Assembly (NCBI GenBank): GCA_965651925.1
Contig: CBFGUK010000001.1
Span: 3,396-67,395, forward strand
DNA length: 64,000 bases
Direction of reading: 5' to 3'
From: an uncultured bacterium
Lineage (GTDB): Bacteria > Desulfobacterota > Binatia > HRBIN30 > CADEER01
The notes under the pieces are model-generated. The model made no database searches. It had not been told where the DNA came from and saw nothing but the letters and a program-made list of their open reading frames with translations. The stretch's first letter is position 1; every line of letters starts with the position of its first letter. Of this stretch, positions 38,343 to 50,209 are shown one piece after another. A program made the translations under genes and the position numbers.

Positions 38343-39158
38343 TCAGCGCAGATCCTCGATGCCGCCCAGACCGCGGCGCGCGGCGTGGCGCTGCATGCGG
38401 CGGATCAGACGGTTTGCGTCGACCAGGATCGCGCGGCGCAGCGACGCCTTGGCGGTCCGTGCGTACCAGTCGCGCAGCGCCTGCAGGTCGCGCCCGAGCT
38501 GCGCGAGCTCGGCCCGTTCGCGGGCGTTGCGCGCCGGCTCGCGTTCGAGCAGCACCCGCCAGCGTTCGAGCTGCGCGTCGATGGCGTTCAGCGACAGATC
38601 GAGCGTGTCCGCATCCGCCGGCGTCGGCCGTGCGGGACGCGGCGTCGCGACCGCGCGCACGGCCGTACTCGCGGACGGCGCAGCGGCGGCCGGCCTTGCC
38701 GGGGCGCTGCGCGCCGGGCGCCGGGCAGCTGGCGCGGGCGGTGCGAAGCCATACTTGCGCAGCACGCCGACGACGGTGCCACGGATGCGCACCTGATCGC
38801 CGCCGATGATGAGCGGCAGCATCTCGGGGTTGGCGGGCTGCAGGCGCACCTGGCCACCCGGAGCGCGAAACAGTTTCTTGACCGTCACGTGACCGTCGAT
38901 CTCCGCGACGACCGTCCGACCGTCATCCGCGGTCTCGCCCGGTGCGACGATCAGGTAGTCGCCGTCGCGGATGCCGGCGTCGACCATCGACTGGCCGCGC
39001 ACGCGCAGCGCGAACACCGTGCGTCCGTGCCAGAGCGACTCGGGAACCTCGAGCGTCTCCTCGACGCTGAACATCTCGAGCGGCTGTCCCGCGGCGACTT
39101 CGCCAAGCAGCGGGATCGCCACCGTGCCTTCCATCACCCACGCCTCGCTCGCCAGCAT
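38343..39158 (-). CDS. UmuD/LexA C-domain-like S24 peptidase (Ala-Gly site, Ser-Lys dyad) with no DNA-binding domain, fused to Ala/Pro/Arg-rich linker and C-terminal helical domain
   Basis: IPLLGEVAAG|QPLEM...LRVRGQSMVDAGIRDGDYLIV...VTVKKL matches LexA/UmuD catalytic-domain motifs. AGGAG RBS lies 8 nt upstream of the ATG. Only 22 aa precede the AG site. Confidence 0.65.
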   Translation of the reverse strand: MLASEAWVMEGTVAIPLLGEVAAGQPLEMFSVEETLEVPESLWHGRTVFALRVRGQSMVDAGIRDGDYLIVAPGETADDGRTVVAEIDGHVTVKKLFRAPGGQVRLQPANPEMLPLIIGGDQVRIRGTVVGVLRKYGFAPPAPAARRPARSAPARPAAAAPSASTAVRAVATPRPARPTPADADTLDLSLNAIDAQLERWRVLLEREPARNARERAELAQLGRDLQALRDWYARTAKASLRRAILVDANRLIRRMQRHAARRGLGGIEDLR

Positions 39159-39287
39159 GCTTTCGCTCCTTCTTCGCTGGCTGCCGATTAGGCGAAAGTC
39201 GGGCGAAGGTCAAGCCGTGAGATCGCCCGCCATCCTCGCGGACCGGTGCCCGCCCGCGGCACCGAGGAAGCGAACGTGGTCGCGAGA

Positions 39288-39686
39288 TTACTTGCGCGTG
39301 ACCAGCTCGATGAGCGCGCCGTGTGCGGCGTCGGGATGCAGATACTGGATGCGCATGTCGGCGCCGCTCCGGGTGGGTCCGGCGAGCGGGAGGCCGGCCT
39401 GCGCCAGCTCGCTGGCCGCGGCGTCGACGTCGGCGACGCGCAGGCCGACGTGGTACACGCCGGGCGCGCGGTGCGGCAGCAGGCGCATCATCGTCTGCTC
39501 GGGATCGGCGGCTTCGATGAGCTCGAGCTCGACGTCGCCGACGCGCAGGCAGCAGCGACGGATGGGCGGCGCATCGTGCGTCTGAATCGGCCCCGCGGTC
39601 AGCCCGAGCGTCCCGGTGTAGAACGCGAGCGCCTGGTCGAGGTCGGGGACGAGGATGCCGATGTGGTCGATGCCGAGGACCTTCAT
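39288..39686 (-). CDS. VOC-family protein (glyoxalase/bleomycin resistance/methylmalonyl-CoA epimerase-like)
   Basis: MKVLGIDHIGILVPDLDQALAFYTGTLGL...HVGLRVADVDAA, paired beta-alpha-beta-beta-beta modules with metal-binding H/E. Confidence 0.7.
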   Translation of the reverse strand: MKVLGIDHIGILVPDLDQALAFYTGTLGLTAGPIQTHDAPPIRRCCLRVGDVELELIEAADPEQTMMRLLPHRAPGVYHVGLRVADVDAAASELAQAGLPLAGPTRSGADMRIQYLHPDAAHGALIELVTRK

Positions 39687-39967
39687 TCGTCCTCCAGACG
39701 GCGGGCGAGGCGGCCGATCAGAATCAGCGTGTAGCCGTTCAGCGCCAGCAGGCCGCCGGCGAACGCACCGCCGACGAGCAGGGCGAATTGCGAGCTGGCG
39801 ACGAGGAAGCGCAGATCGACGAGCGCATTCGCCGCATGCTCGCGTCGGGCGGCGAGCGCGGCGTGGAACGTGTCGGCGTTCTGCGTGGCGGCGACGGCGA
39901 ACGAGACCAGGACGGCGAGGCCGGCGCCCGCGAGGATGATGCCGAGCGTGCGCGCCGTCCGCTCCAT
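39683..39967 (-). CDS. Small hypothetical membrane protein (94 aa, 2 TM)
   Basis: MERTARTLGIILAGAGLAVLVSFAVAA...LLVGGAFAGGLLALNGYTLILIG. Start overlaps the argA-like stop (ATGA) and the stop overlaps the VOC start, indicating an operon. Confidence 0.45.
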   Translation of the reverse strand: MERTARTLGIILAGAGLAVLVSFAVAATQNADTFHAALAARREHAANALVDLRFLVASSQFALLVGGAFAGGLLALNGYTLILIGRLARRLEDE

Positions 39968-41184
39968 CACATCAGGTCGCGGCGCAGGACCTTGAGTCGC
40001 GCCCGGCGCTGCGGGTCGTAGCCCACCCACTTCACTGCCGGCACGTCCGCCGGCGTCACGCGGCGGAAGCCGTGGCGCAGGAAGAACTGCTCGGCGCGCG
40101 GATCGAGCGTGCAGGCAAAGACGTACGTCAGCCCGAGCGCCGTCGCCTCCTCGAGCGCGCGCGCGATCAGCCGCCCGCCGACACCTTCGCCCTTGAAGCG
40201 CGTGATGGTGTACAGGCCGACGATCTCGCCGACCGGCTCGGGGGCGAACGTCGCCGTCTCGAGGCCGCAGACGCCGGCGAAGTGATGCGAGCCGATCGCG
40301 GCGCCGAACCCGTTCAGCAGGATGCGGGCGACATCGCCGGGATCGCGCGGCTTGAGATACCCTTCGCGGTGCCCGCGCGCGATCAGTCGCTCGACGGCTT
40401 CGAAGTCATCGATGCCGAGGCGCTCGATCCGGCAGTAGTCTTCCAGGGTGAACAGCGTGCCGGAGCCCTCGTACGTGTAGAGCTCGCGCGCCAGGCCATC
40501 GAGCGCGCAGAGGTTCACCGACTGCACCCCGGCGCGCAGGGCCGCGCGGATCGCATCGAGCAGGGCGCGGCGTGAGGCGAGCCCCGCCCACTCGGCCTGG
40601 CCGGGCTGCAGGACGGTGGTGAGCAGGTCGTCGTCCATGAACGACAGCTGCATGCCGTCCGGCGCGCGGATGCCGCCCTCGGGGTGCGTGATGACCAGCT
40701 TGTGCACACGCAGGCGCCCCGCCAGCCGCTGTGCGGTGTCGATGAGCGCGTCGGCTTCGAGCAGGCCGACGAGCAGCGGGCGGCGGCGCAGCGTGAGCCA
40801 CGTCGTCGCGAGCGCCGGCTCGATCGACGCGCCGTGCCCGCTCAGGTCGACGAACGACTCCGCCGCACTGCGCCGCCCGCGCACGAGCGGGAAGCGGCGC
40901 GCGGCGTCGTCCGCGAGCACCCAGCGCTGCAGCCGGCGGCGTACGCGCCGCACCTCGGCGGCGATGTCGCGACCGGCCGGCACGCCCAGCAGCACGATGG
41001 CGCGCGTCTCGTTGGCGATCAGCTCACGCAGCACGCGACCGAGCGATTCGAAGCCGCCCGGCCGCTCGCAGTCGCGCAGCATCGCCGCGATGCACAGCGT
41101 GCGCGAGTGGAACTCGTCGAGATAGAATTCCTTCTCGCCGAACTCGTCGTCCGGCAGGGTCGCCGGCTGCACGCGGTTCGCCAT
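39967..41184 (-). CDS. Amino-acid N-acetyltransferase-like two-domain protein (amino-acid-kinase-like N-domain plus C-terminal GNAT)
   Basis: 405 aa; C-terminal GNAT motifs (IVGLYTITRFKGEGVGGRLIARALEEATALGLTYVFACT); N-domain ...LYTYEGSGTLFT is AAK-like. Part of a 1343-aa artefact ORF. Confidence 0.55.
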   Translation of the reverse strand: MANRVQPATLPDDEFGEKEFYLDEFHSRTLCIAAMLRDCERPGGFESLGRVLRELIANETRAIVLLGVPAGRDIAAEVRRVRRRLQRWVLADDAARRFPLVRGRRSAAESFVDLSGHGASIEPALATTWLTLRRRPLLVGLLEADALIDTAQRLAGRLRVHKLVITHPEGGIRAPDGMQLSFMDDDLLTTVLQPGQAEWAGLASRRALLDAIRAALRAGVQSVNLCALDGLARELYTYEGSGTLFTLEDYCRIERLGIDDFEAVERLIARGHREGYLKPRDPGDVARILLNGFGAAIGSHHFAGVCGLETATFAPEPVGEIVGLYTITRFKGEGVGGRLIARALEEATALGLTYVFACTLDPRAEQFFLRHGFRRVTPADVPAVKWVGYDPQRRARLKVLRRDLM

Positions 41185-41337
41185 CCGGCGCGCGACGCTA
41201 GCACAGCGCTGACGGGGGCGAAACGCGGCGTTGCTTGCGGCGCACTCCACGTCCGTTTTACGGTCGTCCGAGCGGCCGGAGACGCGTAGGCGCTCATCGG
41301 CGGGTCGGCAGCCCGCCTGCCGTTCCGATCTCACCCG

Positions 41338-43056
41338 ATGATTCGCACGCGCACGACACGCCCTCTCACCGATCCCGACGCCCGCCGCCCGCATGGCCTG
41401 CGAGCGCTCGCCGCGGCGGCGGCGCTGCTGCTCGCCGCACCGACGGCGGCGCTGACGGGCACGCGCGGCATGGTCGCCGCCGAGCATCGGCTCGCGTCGG
41501 AAGCCGGCCTGCGCATCCTGCAGCAGGGCGGCAATGCGGTCGACGCCGCGGTGGCGACGGCGCTGGCCGTCGGCGTCGTCAATCCGACCTCGTGCGGACT
41601 CGGCGGCGGCGGCTTCATGCTGCTCTATGATCAGCGCAGCGGGCGTGTCGAAGCGCTCGACTACCGCGAAACGGCACCGGCTGGCGCCACGCGCGACATG
41701 TTCGTACGCGACGGCCGCGCCGTGCCCGAGCTCAGCCGCTTCGGCGGCCTGGCGGTGGCGACGCCGGGCGAGGTCGCCGGGCTCCATGCCGCGCTCACGC
41801 GGCGCGGCACCCTGCCCTTCGCCGTCGTCGCCGCGCCGGCGATCGCGTACGCACGCGACGGCTTCGCCATCGAGGCCCATCTCGCCGAGTCGATCGCCCG
41901 CAACCTCGAGCGCATCCGTGCCTTCCCCGCCCTCGCGCAACTGCTGCTGCACGCCGACCAGACCCCGCTGCGCGAGGGCGAGGTGCTGCGCCAGCCGGCG
42001 CTCGCGCGCACGCTGGAGGCGGTCGCGCGCGACGGGCCGCGCGCGTTCTACGAGGGGCCGGTGGCGGAGGCGATCGCCACCAGCGTCGCGGCGGCCGGCG
42101 GCATCCTGACGACCGCCGATCTCGCCGGCTACCGCCCGCGCTGGCGCCCGCCGCTCGCGGCCGGATTCGCGGGCTACACGTTCTACGGCATGCCGCCGCC
42201 GAGCTCGGGCGGCGGCGTGATGCTCACCGTGCTCGCAACGCTGCGCCGCGACGACCTGCGCGCGCTCGGGCACAACTCGCCGACCTATCTGCACCTGCTC
42301 GCCGAGGCGCTGCAGTTCGGCTTCGCCGACCGCGCCACCGCGTATGGCGATCCGGCGTTCGCGCCGTTTCCCGCCGACGCGCTGCTCGCACCGCAGCGTG
42401 GACGGCGCCTGCGGGCGCGGATCAGCGCGCCGACGACGTTCTCGCCGCGCTGGTACGGTGCTATGAGCGTCGGCGACGATGCCGGCACCTCGCACCTCTC
42501 GGTCGTCGACGGCGCCGGCAATGCCGTCGCGTGCACGACGAGCATCAACACCGCGTTCGGCTCCATGGTCGTTGCCGAGGGCACGGGCGTGATGCTCAAC
42601 AACACCATGGACGATTTTTCGGCGCAGCCGGGCGCGCCGAATGCGTTCGGCCTGGTCGGCTCGGCGGCGAACGCCATCGCGCCCGGCAAGCGGCCGCTGA
42701 GCAGCATGAGCCCGACGATCGTGACGCACGCGCACCGCCTCGCAGCGGTCGCCGGCGGCTCGGGCGGGCCGCTGATCATCACCGGCACGCTGCAGGTGCT
42801 GCTGAACGCGCTCCTGTTCGATCTGCCCGCCTCGGACGCCGTCGCGGCGCCGCGGCTGCACCATCAGTGGCTGCCGCCGACACTGGTGCTCGAGCAGGGC
42901 CTCGACGCCGGCGCGGCCGGCGCGCTGCGCCGGCTCGGCCATCAGGTCGTCGAGACGCCGCTGCCAGGCGCCGTCCAGCTGATCCGCCGCCACGCCGACG
43001 GCACGCTCGACGGCGCCTCGGATCCGCGCAAGGGCGGGCAGCCGGCCGGCTGGTGA
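41338..43056 (+). CDS. ggt: Gamma-glutamyltranspeptidase (Ntn-hydrolase, catalytic Thr in TSHLSVVD)
   Basis: Signal peptide; GGNAVDAAVATALAVGVVNPTSCGLGGGGFMLLY...; autoprocessing site ...GT|TSHLSVVD; C-terminal GSGGPLII. Confidence 0.9.
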   Translation: MIRTRTTRPLTDPDARRPHGLRALAAAAALLLAAPTAALTGTRGMVAAEHRLASEAGLRILQQGGNAVDAAVATALAVGVVNPTSCGLGGGGFMLLYDQRSGRVEALDYRETAPAGATRDMFVRDGRAVPELSRFGGLAVATPGEVAGLHAALTRRGTLPFAVVAAPAIAYARDGFAIEAHLAESIARNLERIRAFPALAQLLLHADQTPLREGEVLRQPALARTLEAVARDGPRAFYEGPVAEAIATSVAAAGGILTTADLAGYRPRWRPPLAAGFAGYTFYGMPPPSSGGGVMLTVLATLRRDDLRALGHNSPTYLHLLAEALQFGFADRATAYGDPAFAPFPADALLAPQRGRRLRARISAPTTFSPRWYGAMSVGDDAGTSHLSVVDGAGNAVACTTSINTAFGSMVVAEGTGVMLNNTMDDFSAQPGAPNAFGLVGSAANAIAPGKRPLSSMSPTIVTHAHRLAAVAGGSGGPLIITGTLQVLLNALLFDLPASDAVAAPRLHHQWLPPTLVLEQGLDAGAAGALRRLGHQVVETPLPGAVQLIRRHADGTLDGASDPRKGGQPAGW

Positions 43057-43059
43057 GGC

Positions 43060-44013
43060 GTGCGCCGCCTGCGGACCGCTCTCGCGTCGCCGTGGCTCAA
43101 GCTCGTCCTGAGCGGGGCGGTGCTCGCGGTGCTGCTCGCGGAGATCGACACCGGCGAGACGCGCGCCGCGCTCGCCGCCGCCGACTGGCGGTGGCTGGCG
43201 CTCGCCCTGGCCGTCAATCTCGCCAGCCAGACGATCTCGGCGGCACGCTGGTGGCTGTTGACGCGCGCCGTCGGCTTCGAGGAGCCGCTGCGCCGCGTCA
43301 TGGCGTACTACTTCAGCGGCATGTACCTGAACGTCTTCGGTCCCGGCACGGTGACCGGCGACGTGGGCCGCGGGCTCTTTCTCGCCGCCGGGCAGCGGCG
43401 GGCGCTGGCGCTGACCACCGTGGTGGCGCACCGGCTGATCGGCTTCATGGCGCTCATCCTCGTCGTCACGCTCGGCGTGCTCAGCCTGCGCGCGCTGCCG
43501 CTGCCCGTCGAAGCGCGCTGGCTCGCGGCGCTCGCCGTGCCGATCCTGCTCGTCGCCTGGGTCGTCGGGCCGCGCACGCTGGCGCGGCTCCTGCCGGCGG
43601 GCAGCCGCTGGCGGACGTTGATCGATCGCGACCTGGCGCCCTACTGGCGCGACCGCCGGCTGCTGGTCATCTCGCTGCTGCTGGCGGCGACCGTGCACGG
43701 TCTGCAGATCAGCGCCCAGATGGCCGTCGCACACGCGCTCGGACTCGCGCCGCCGTGGGCGTACTTCTGGGTGATCGTGCCGCTGATCAACGCCGCGGCC
43801 ACCCTGCCGGTGACCTTCAGCGGGGTCGGCGTGCGCGAGGCGGGCTATCTCTACGCGCTGTCGTGGAGCGGGCTGACCGCCGCCGCCGCAATCAGCGTCG
43901 GGCTGCTGTCGAGCGCCGTCGTCCTGCTCACCGGCCTCTGCGGTCTGCCGGCAATCCTGCTCACGCGCCTCGGTGCGCCGCCGCCGGCGCCATCCCATCC
44001 TGGCGGCACGTGA
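43060..44013 (+). CDS. Flippase-like integral membrane protein (lysylphosphatidylglycerol-synthase TM-region family, UPF0104)
   Basis: GTG start 4 nt after ggt stop; 8 predicted TM helices; RWWLLTRAVGFEEPLRRVMAYYFSGMYLNVFGPGTVTGDVGRGLFL pattern of TIGR00374. Confidence 0.6.
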   Translation: MRRLRTALASPWLKLVLSGAVLAVLLAEIDTGETRAALAAADWRWLALALAVNLASQTISAARWWLLTRAVGFEEPLRRVMAYYFSGMYLNVFGPGTVTGDVGRGLFLAAGQRRALALTTVVAHRLIGFMALILVVTLGVLSLRALPLPVEARWLAALAVPILLVAWVVGPRTLARLLPAGSRWRTLIDRDLAPYWRDRRLLVISLLLAATVHGLQISAQMAVAHALGLAPPWAYFWVIVPLINAAATLPVTFSGVGVREAGYLYALSWSGLTAAAAISVGLLSSAVVLLTGLCGLPAILLTRLGAPPPAPSHPGGT

Positions 44014-44052
44014 GGCGTCGCGGGTGCGGCGCCGCCGCGCCGCACGGGCACC

Positions 44053-46978
<2,926 letters not shown>

Positions 46979-46986
46979 GGCGGACC

Positions 46987-48135
46987 TCACGCCGGCAGCG
47001 CGGACATCAGCTCGGCCTGGGCCGCGCCGACGCCGCGGCCGAGCTCGACCGGGTGCCCGAAGTGCTTGAGCGCCATCTCGAGCGCCGCGATCGCCGTGAT
47101 CGTATCGAACGCCCCGATGTAGCCGAGGTGGGCGATGCGGATGATGCGCCCCTTGAGCTGATCCTGGCCGCCGGCAAAGACGACCTGCATCTTGTCGCGC
47201 AGATAGGCGAACAGCTTGCTGCCGTCGACGCCCTCGGGAACGTAGATGCCGGTGACCGCGGGACTCGGATTGTCCGGCGCCACCAGCCGCAGATCGAGCG
47301 CGACAGCCGCGGCCCGCGTCGCGCGCGCGAGCCGCTCGTGCCGCGCGAAGACGTTCGGGAAGCCCTCTTCCTGCATCATGCGCAGCGCCTCGTGCAGGCC
47401 GATGACCAGCGAGATCGCCGGCGTGTACGCGGTCGTGTTCTTCGCCTGGTTGCTGCGCTCGCGGGTCAGGTCGAAGTAGAAGCGCGGCTGGCGCACGGCC
47501 TCGACGCGCTGCCAGGCGCGTTCGCTCAGCGCCAGCACCGCCAGCCCGGGAGGCAGCATGAGCGCCTTCTGCGATCCGGTGATCAGGACGTCGACGCCCC
47601 ACGCATCCATCGGGATGTCGTACACGCCGACCGCGGTGATGCCGTCGACGACGAGCAACGCGTCCGTGCGCCGCGTGATCGCCGCCAGCTCGCGGATCGG
47701 GTGCACGGCGGTCGTCGAGGTCTCGCTCGCCTGGACGAGCACGCCCCGGACGCGCGGATGCTCCGCGAGCGCCTGCTCGACCTGCTCGGGGCGCACCGCG
47801 CGGCCCCATTCGACGCGGATCTCGATCGGCTCGATGCCGAACGTGGTGGCGAGCTTGCCCCAGCGTTCGCCGAACTTCCCGCCGTTGACGACCACGACCT
47901 GGTCGCCCGGCGCGAAGCAGTTGTTCACCGCGGCTTCCATCGCGCCGGTGCCGGAGGCGGCGAGCATCAGCACGTCCTGCTCCGTCTGGAACAGCTCGCG
48001 CAGCTGCGTCCGCACCTCGCCGAACAAGGCGCTGAACTGCGGCGTGCGATGGTGGAACATCGGCTGTGCCATCGCCAGACGGACGCGCGACGGCACAGGG
48101 GTCGGACCGGGGGCGAGCAGCAGTTGCTTGATCAC
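46987..48135 (-). CDS. serC: Class-V aminotransferase, probable phosphoserine aminotransferase (AGXT/archaeal-type SerC)
   Basis: LLAPGPTPVPSRVRLAM...SGTGAMEAAVNN...ITGSQKALMLPPGLA (PLP Lys); lies immediately upstream of serA. Confidence 0.75.
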   Translation of the reverse strand: MIKQLLLAPGPTPVPSRVRLAMAQPMFHHRTPQFSALFGEVRTQLRELFQTEQDVLMLAASGTGAMEAAVNNCFAPGDQVVVVNGGKFGERWGKLATTFGIEPIEIRVEWGRAVRPEQVEQALAEHPRVRGVLVQASETSTTAVHPIRELAAITRRTDALLVVDGITAVGVYDIPMDAWGVDVLITGSQKALMLPPGLAVLALSERAWQRVEAVRQPRFYFDLTRERSNQAKNTTAYTPAISLVIGLHEALRMMQEEGFPNVFARHERLARATRAAAVALDLRLVAPDNPSPAVTGIYVPEGVDGSKLFAYLRDKMQVVFAGGQDQLKGRIIRIAHLGYIGAFDTITAIAALEMALKHFGHPVELGRGVGAAQAELMSALPA

Positions 48136-48332
48136 GGTATCCTCACGAGTTCGAGGCGACGGAGCCCGAACCTCTCCATTTCAGAGGCCCAGGCGTACGG
48201 CCTACTGCCGGTCAGCACTCCCCCGTGGTCGATTCCACGCAGCGCCAGTCGTGCAGGGATAGTTTTGAAGCAGACTGTGCGGTGCTACCGGATCGATCCT
48301 GCAGAGTCAACGCGGGCCGGACGCCGCGCGGG

Positions 48333-48902
48333 TCACCGCGCGAGGCCGTTGGCGACCAGACTCATGAACTCCTGTCGGGTCTCCTGATGCGAGCGGAACA
48401 CGCCGAGCATCGCACTCGTCATCACCACCGAGTTCTGCTTCTCGACGCCACGCATGCGCATGCAGAGATGCTCGGCCTGCAGCACCACGCCGACCCCCTG
48501 GGGGTCGAGCTCTTCCATCAGCGTGTTCGCGATCTGCGTCGTCATCCGCTCCTGCACCTGCAGCCGGCGGGCGAACACTTCGACCAGCCGGGCGAGCTTG
48601 CTGATGCCGACGATCTTGCGCTTCGGGATGTACGCGACGTGCGCTTTGCCGAAGAACGGCAGCAGGTGGTGCTCGCAGAGGGAGAAGTAGTCGAGGTCCT
48701 TGAGGACGATCATCTCCTGATAGTCCTCGGTGAACAGGGCCCCGTTGATCACCGACTTCGGATCCTCGGCGTAGCCTTTGGTGAGGAAGCGCAGCGCGCG
48801 CGCAACGCGGTCGGGCGTCTTGAGGAGTCCCTCACGCTGCGCGTCCTCGCCGAGCTCGGCGAGCATGCCGCGCACGTGTTCGGTCAGTGTATCGGTGGCC
48901 AT
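48333..48902 (-). CDS. folE: GTP cyclohydrolase I
   Basis: 189 aa; GLLKTPDRVARAL...EMIVLKDLDYFSLCEHHLLPFFGKAHVAYIP...HLCMRMRGV motifs. Confidence 0.9.
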   Translation of the reverse strand: MATDTLTEHVRGMLAELGEDAQREGLLKTPDRVARALRFLTKGYAEDPKSVINGALFTEDYQEMIVLKDLDYFSLCEHHLLPFFGKAHVAYIPKRKIVGISKLARLVEVFARRLQVQERMTTQIANTLMEELDPQGVGVVLQAEHLCMRMRGVEKQNSVVMTSAMLGVFRSHQETRQEFMSLVANGLAR

Positions 48903-48982
48903 CGCGAGATCCTAGCGCTCGCGTGGTCGGGGGCCAAGCACACCGCGACAGCCGGTGCGCGCGACGTGCTCGGCGCTCGTGG

Positions 48983-50035
48983 TCAACGGCTGCGGCGCTC
49001 GACCGCCTTCACCTTCTGGTACTTGCGGTAGTCGTAGCCGGTCGCCATCGCCATCAGCATGGCTTCCATGCCGCCGTCCTTCTCGCGCCGCAGGATCAGC
49101 AACCGCTCGTAGAAGTCCTGGAAATCCTTGTTGGCGCGGCGCCGCTCGTCGACCGGATTGAGGAAGAAGTCGCGCAGGCGCGTGACGGTGAAGCGGAACG
49201 CCGAGAACCGCAGCTCGTTCGGGAAGGCATCCCACTCGGCGAGCGACAAGGTCCGCAGCGTCTCGTAACCGGCGATCAGCGACTGGAACTTCTCCAGCGC
49301 GTAACGACCCTTGTCGAAGCAGAGCGCATTCACCGCCGTGGCGAGATCGAAGATGAACTTGCCGCGGCCGGCGGCCTCGAAGTCGAGCAGCGCGACGACC
49401 TTCTCGCCCTTGAGCATCAGATGGTCGGGGAAGACGTCGCCGTGGATCATGCCCTTGGGCAGCTTGTTCTCGAGGTAGTTCTGCAGGTACTCGAGCTCCT
49501 CGTCGAGCGTGCGCACGATCTTCTTCAGGTAGACCGGCAGGCGGCCGCGCACACTGGCGTAAATCTCGGCGACGCGGTCGAAGCTGAAGCGCGAGTCGAC
49601 GCCTTTCTTGTACGCCTTGGTCACGAGGTGAAGATCGGCCATCACGCGGCCGATGTTCTCGAGCTGCGGCGCCGAGAGGTCCTCGGGATCGACGGCGTGG
49701 CCGTCGATGTAGCGGTAGACCGACAGTTGATCGCCGGTCCAGTCGCGGCAGTGGCGCCCGCGACGATCCGCCAGGGGCGCCGGACAGGGGAACCCGTGCT
49801 TGCGCAGGAAGAGCAGCAGATCGAGCTCGCGCTTCACCTCGATCTCGCTCTTCACCTCGTCGATCTTGACGACGAACTTTCCGCGGCCGGTCTCCAGCAG
49901 GTAGTGCGAATTGACCGAGCCTTCGCGAACGGTGCGGACGCTCAATACTTTTGGCAGCCCATATTCGGCCGCCAGCATGTTGGCGTCCCTCTTGGTCAGG
50001 TTCGTTTGTGCCGCCATGCCCTCGACACGGAGCAT
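48983..50035 (-). CDS. thrB: Homoserine kinase type II (APH-like fold); start may be the internal ATG at 50017
   Basis: ...GSVNSHYLLETGRGKFVVKIDE...GMIHGDVFPDHLML...LLDFEAAGRGKFIFDLA motifs of ThrB-II; slightly lower GC than neighbours. Confidence 0.75.
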   Translation of the reverse strand: MLRVEGMAAQTNLTKRDANMLAAEYGLPKVLSVRTVREGSVNSHYLLETGRGKFVVKIDEVKSEIEVKRELDLLLFLRKHGFPCPAPLADRRGRHCRDWTGDQLSVYRYIDGHAVDPEDLSAPQLENIGRVMADLHLVTKAYKKGVDSRFSFDRVAEIYASVRGRLPVYLKKIVRTLDEELEYLQNYLENKLPKGMIHGDVFPDHLMLKGEKVVALLDFEAAGRGKFIFDLATAVNALCFDKGRYALEKFQSLIAGYETLRTLSLAEWDAFPNELRFSAFRFTVTRLRDFFLNPVDERRRANKDFQDFYERLLILRREKDGGMEAMLMAMATGYDYRKYQKVKAVERRSR

Positions 50036-50102
50036 GCGACCAGCGCCGACGCCCCGTAACCTCTCAATTTTAGAACGAGATAACGAGGGGGATACATCAC
50101 GG

Positions 50103-50118
50103 GTGTCAAAGGTGTCAA
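50103..50118 (-). promoter_or_regulatory. Direct repeat TTGACAC-ct-TTGACAC (minus-strand reading) 68-83 nt upstream of thrB; -35-like/operator candidate
   Basis: gtgtcaaaggtgtcaa on plus strand within a locally AT-richer 170-bp intergenic region. Confidence 0.35.
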
Positions 50119-50209
50119 TGAGAATCTCCGGACCGGTGCACGATTTGCAGCCGGCTGCCTCTTTCCTGAGCAGTCGAATCGGTCACGGGGGCTGCGCCAA
50201 AAGGGGCGT

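Noticed and set aside
39967-43998. 1343-aa open reading frame on the minus strand
   Set aside because: Artefact of ~70% GC (few stop codons). Only its last 405 codons (39967-41184) encode a real protein (GNAT/AAK). The remainder is antisense to ggt and the flippase-like gene, and its translation is Arg/Gly/Ala-rich low complexity.
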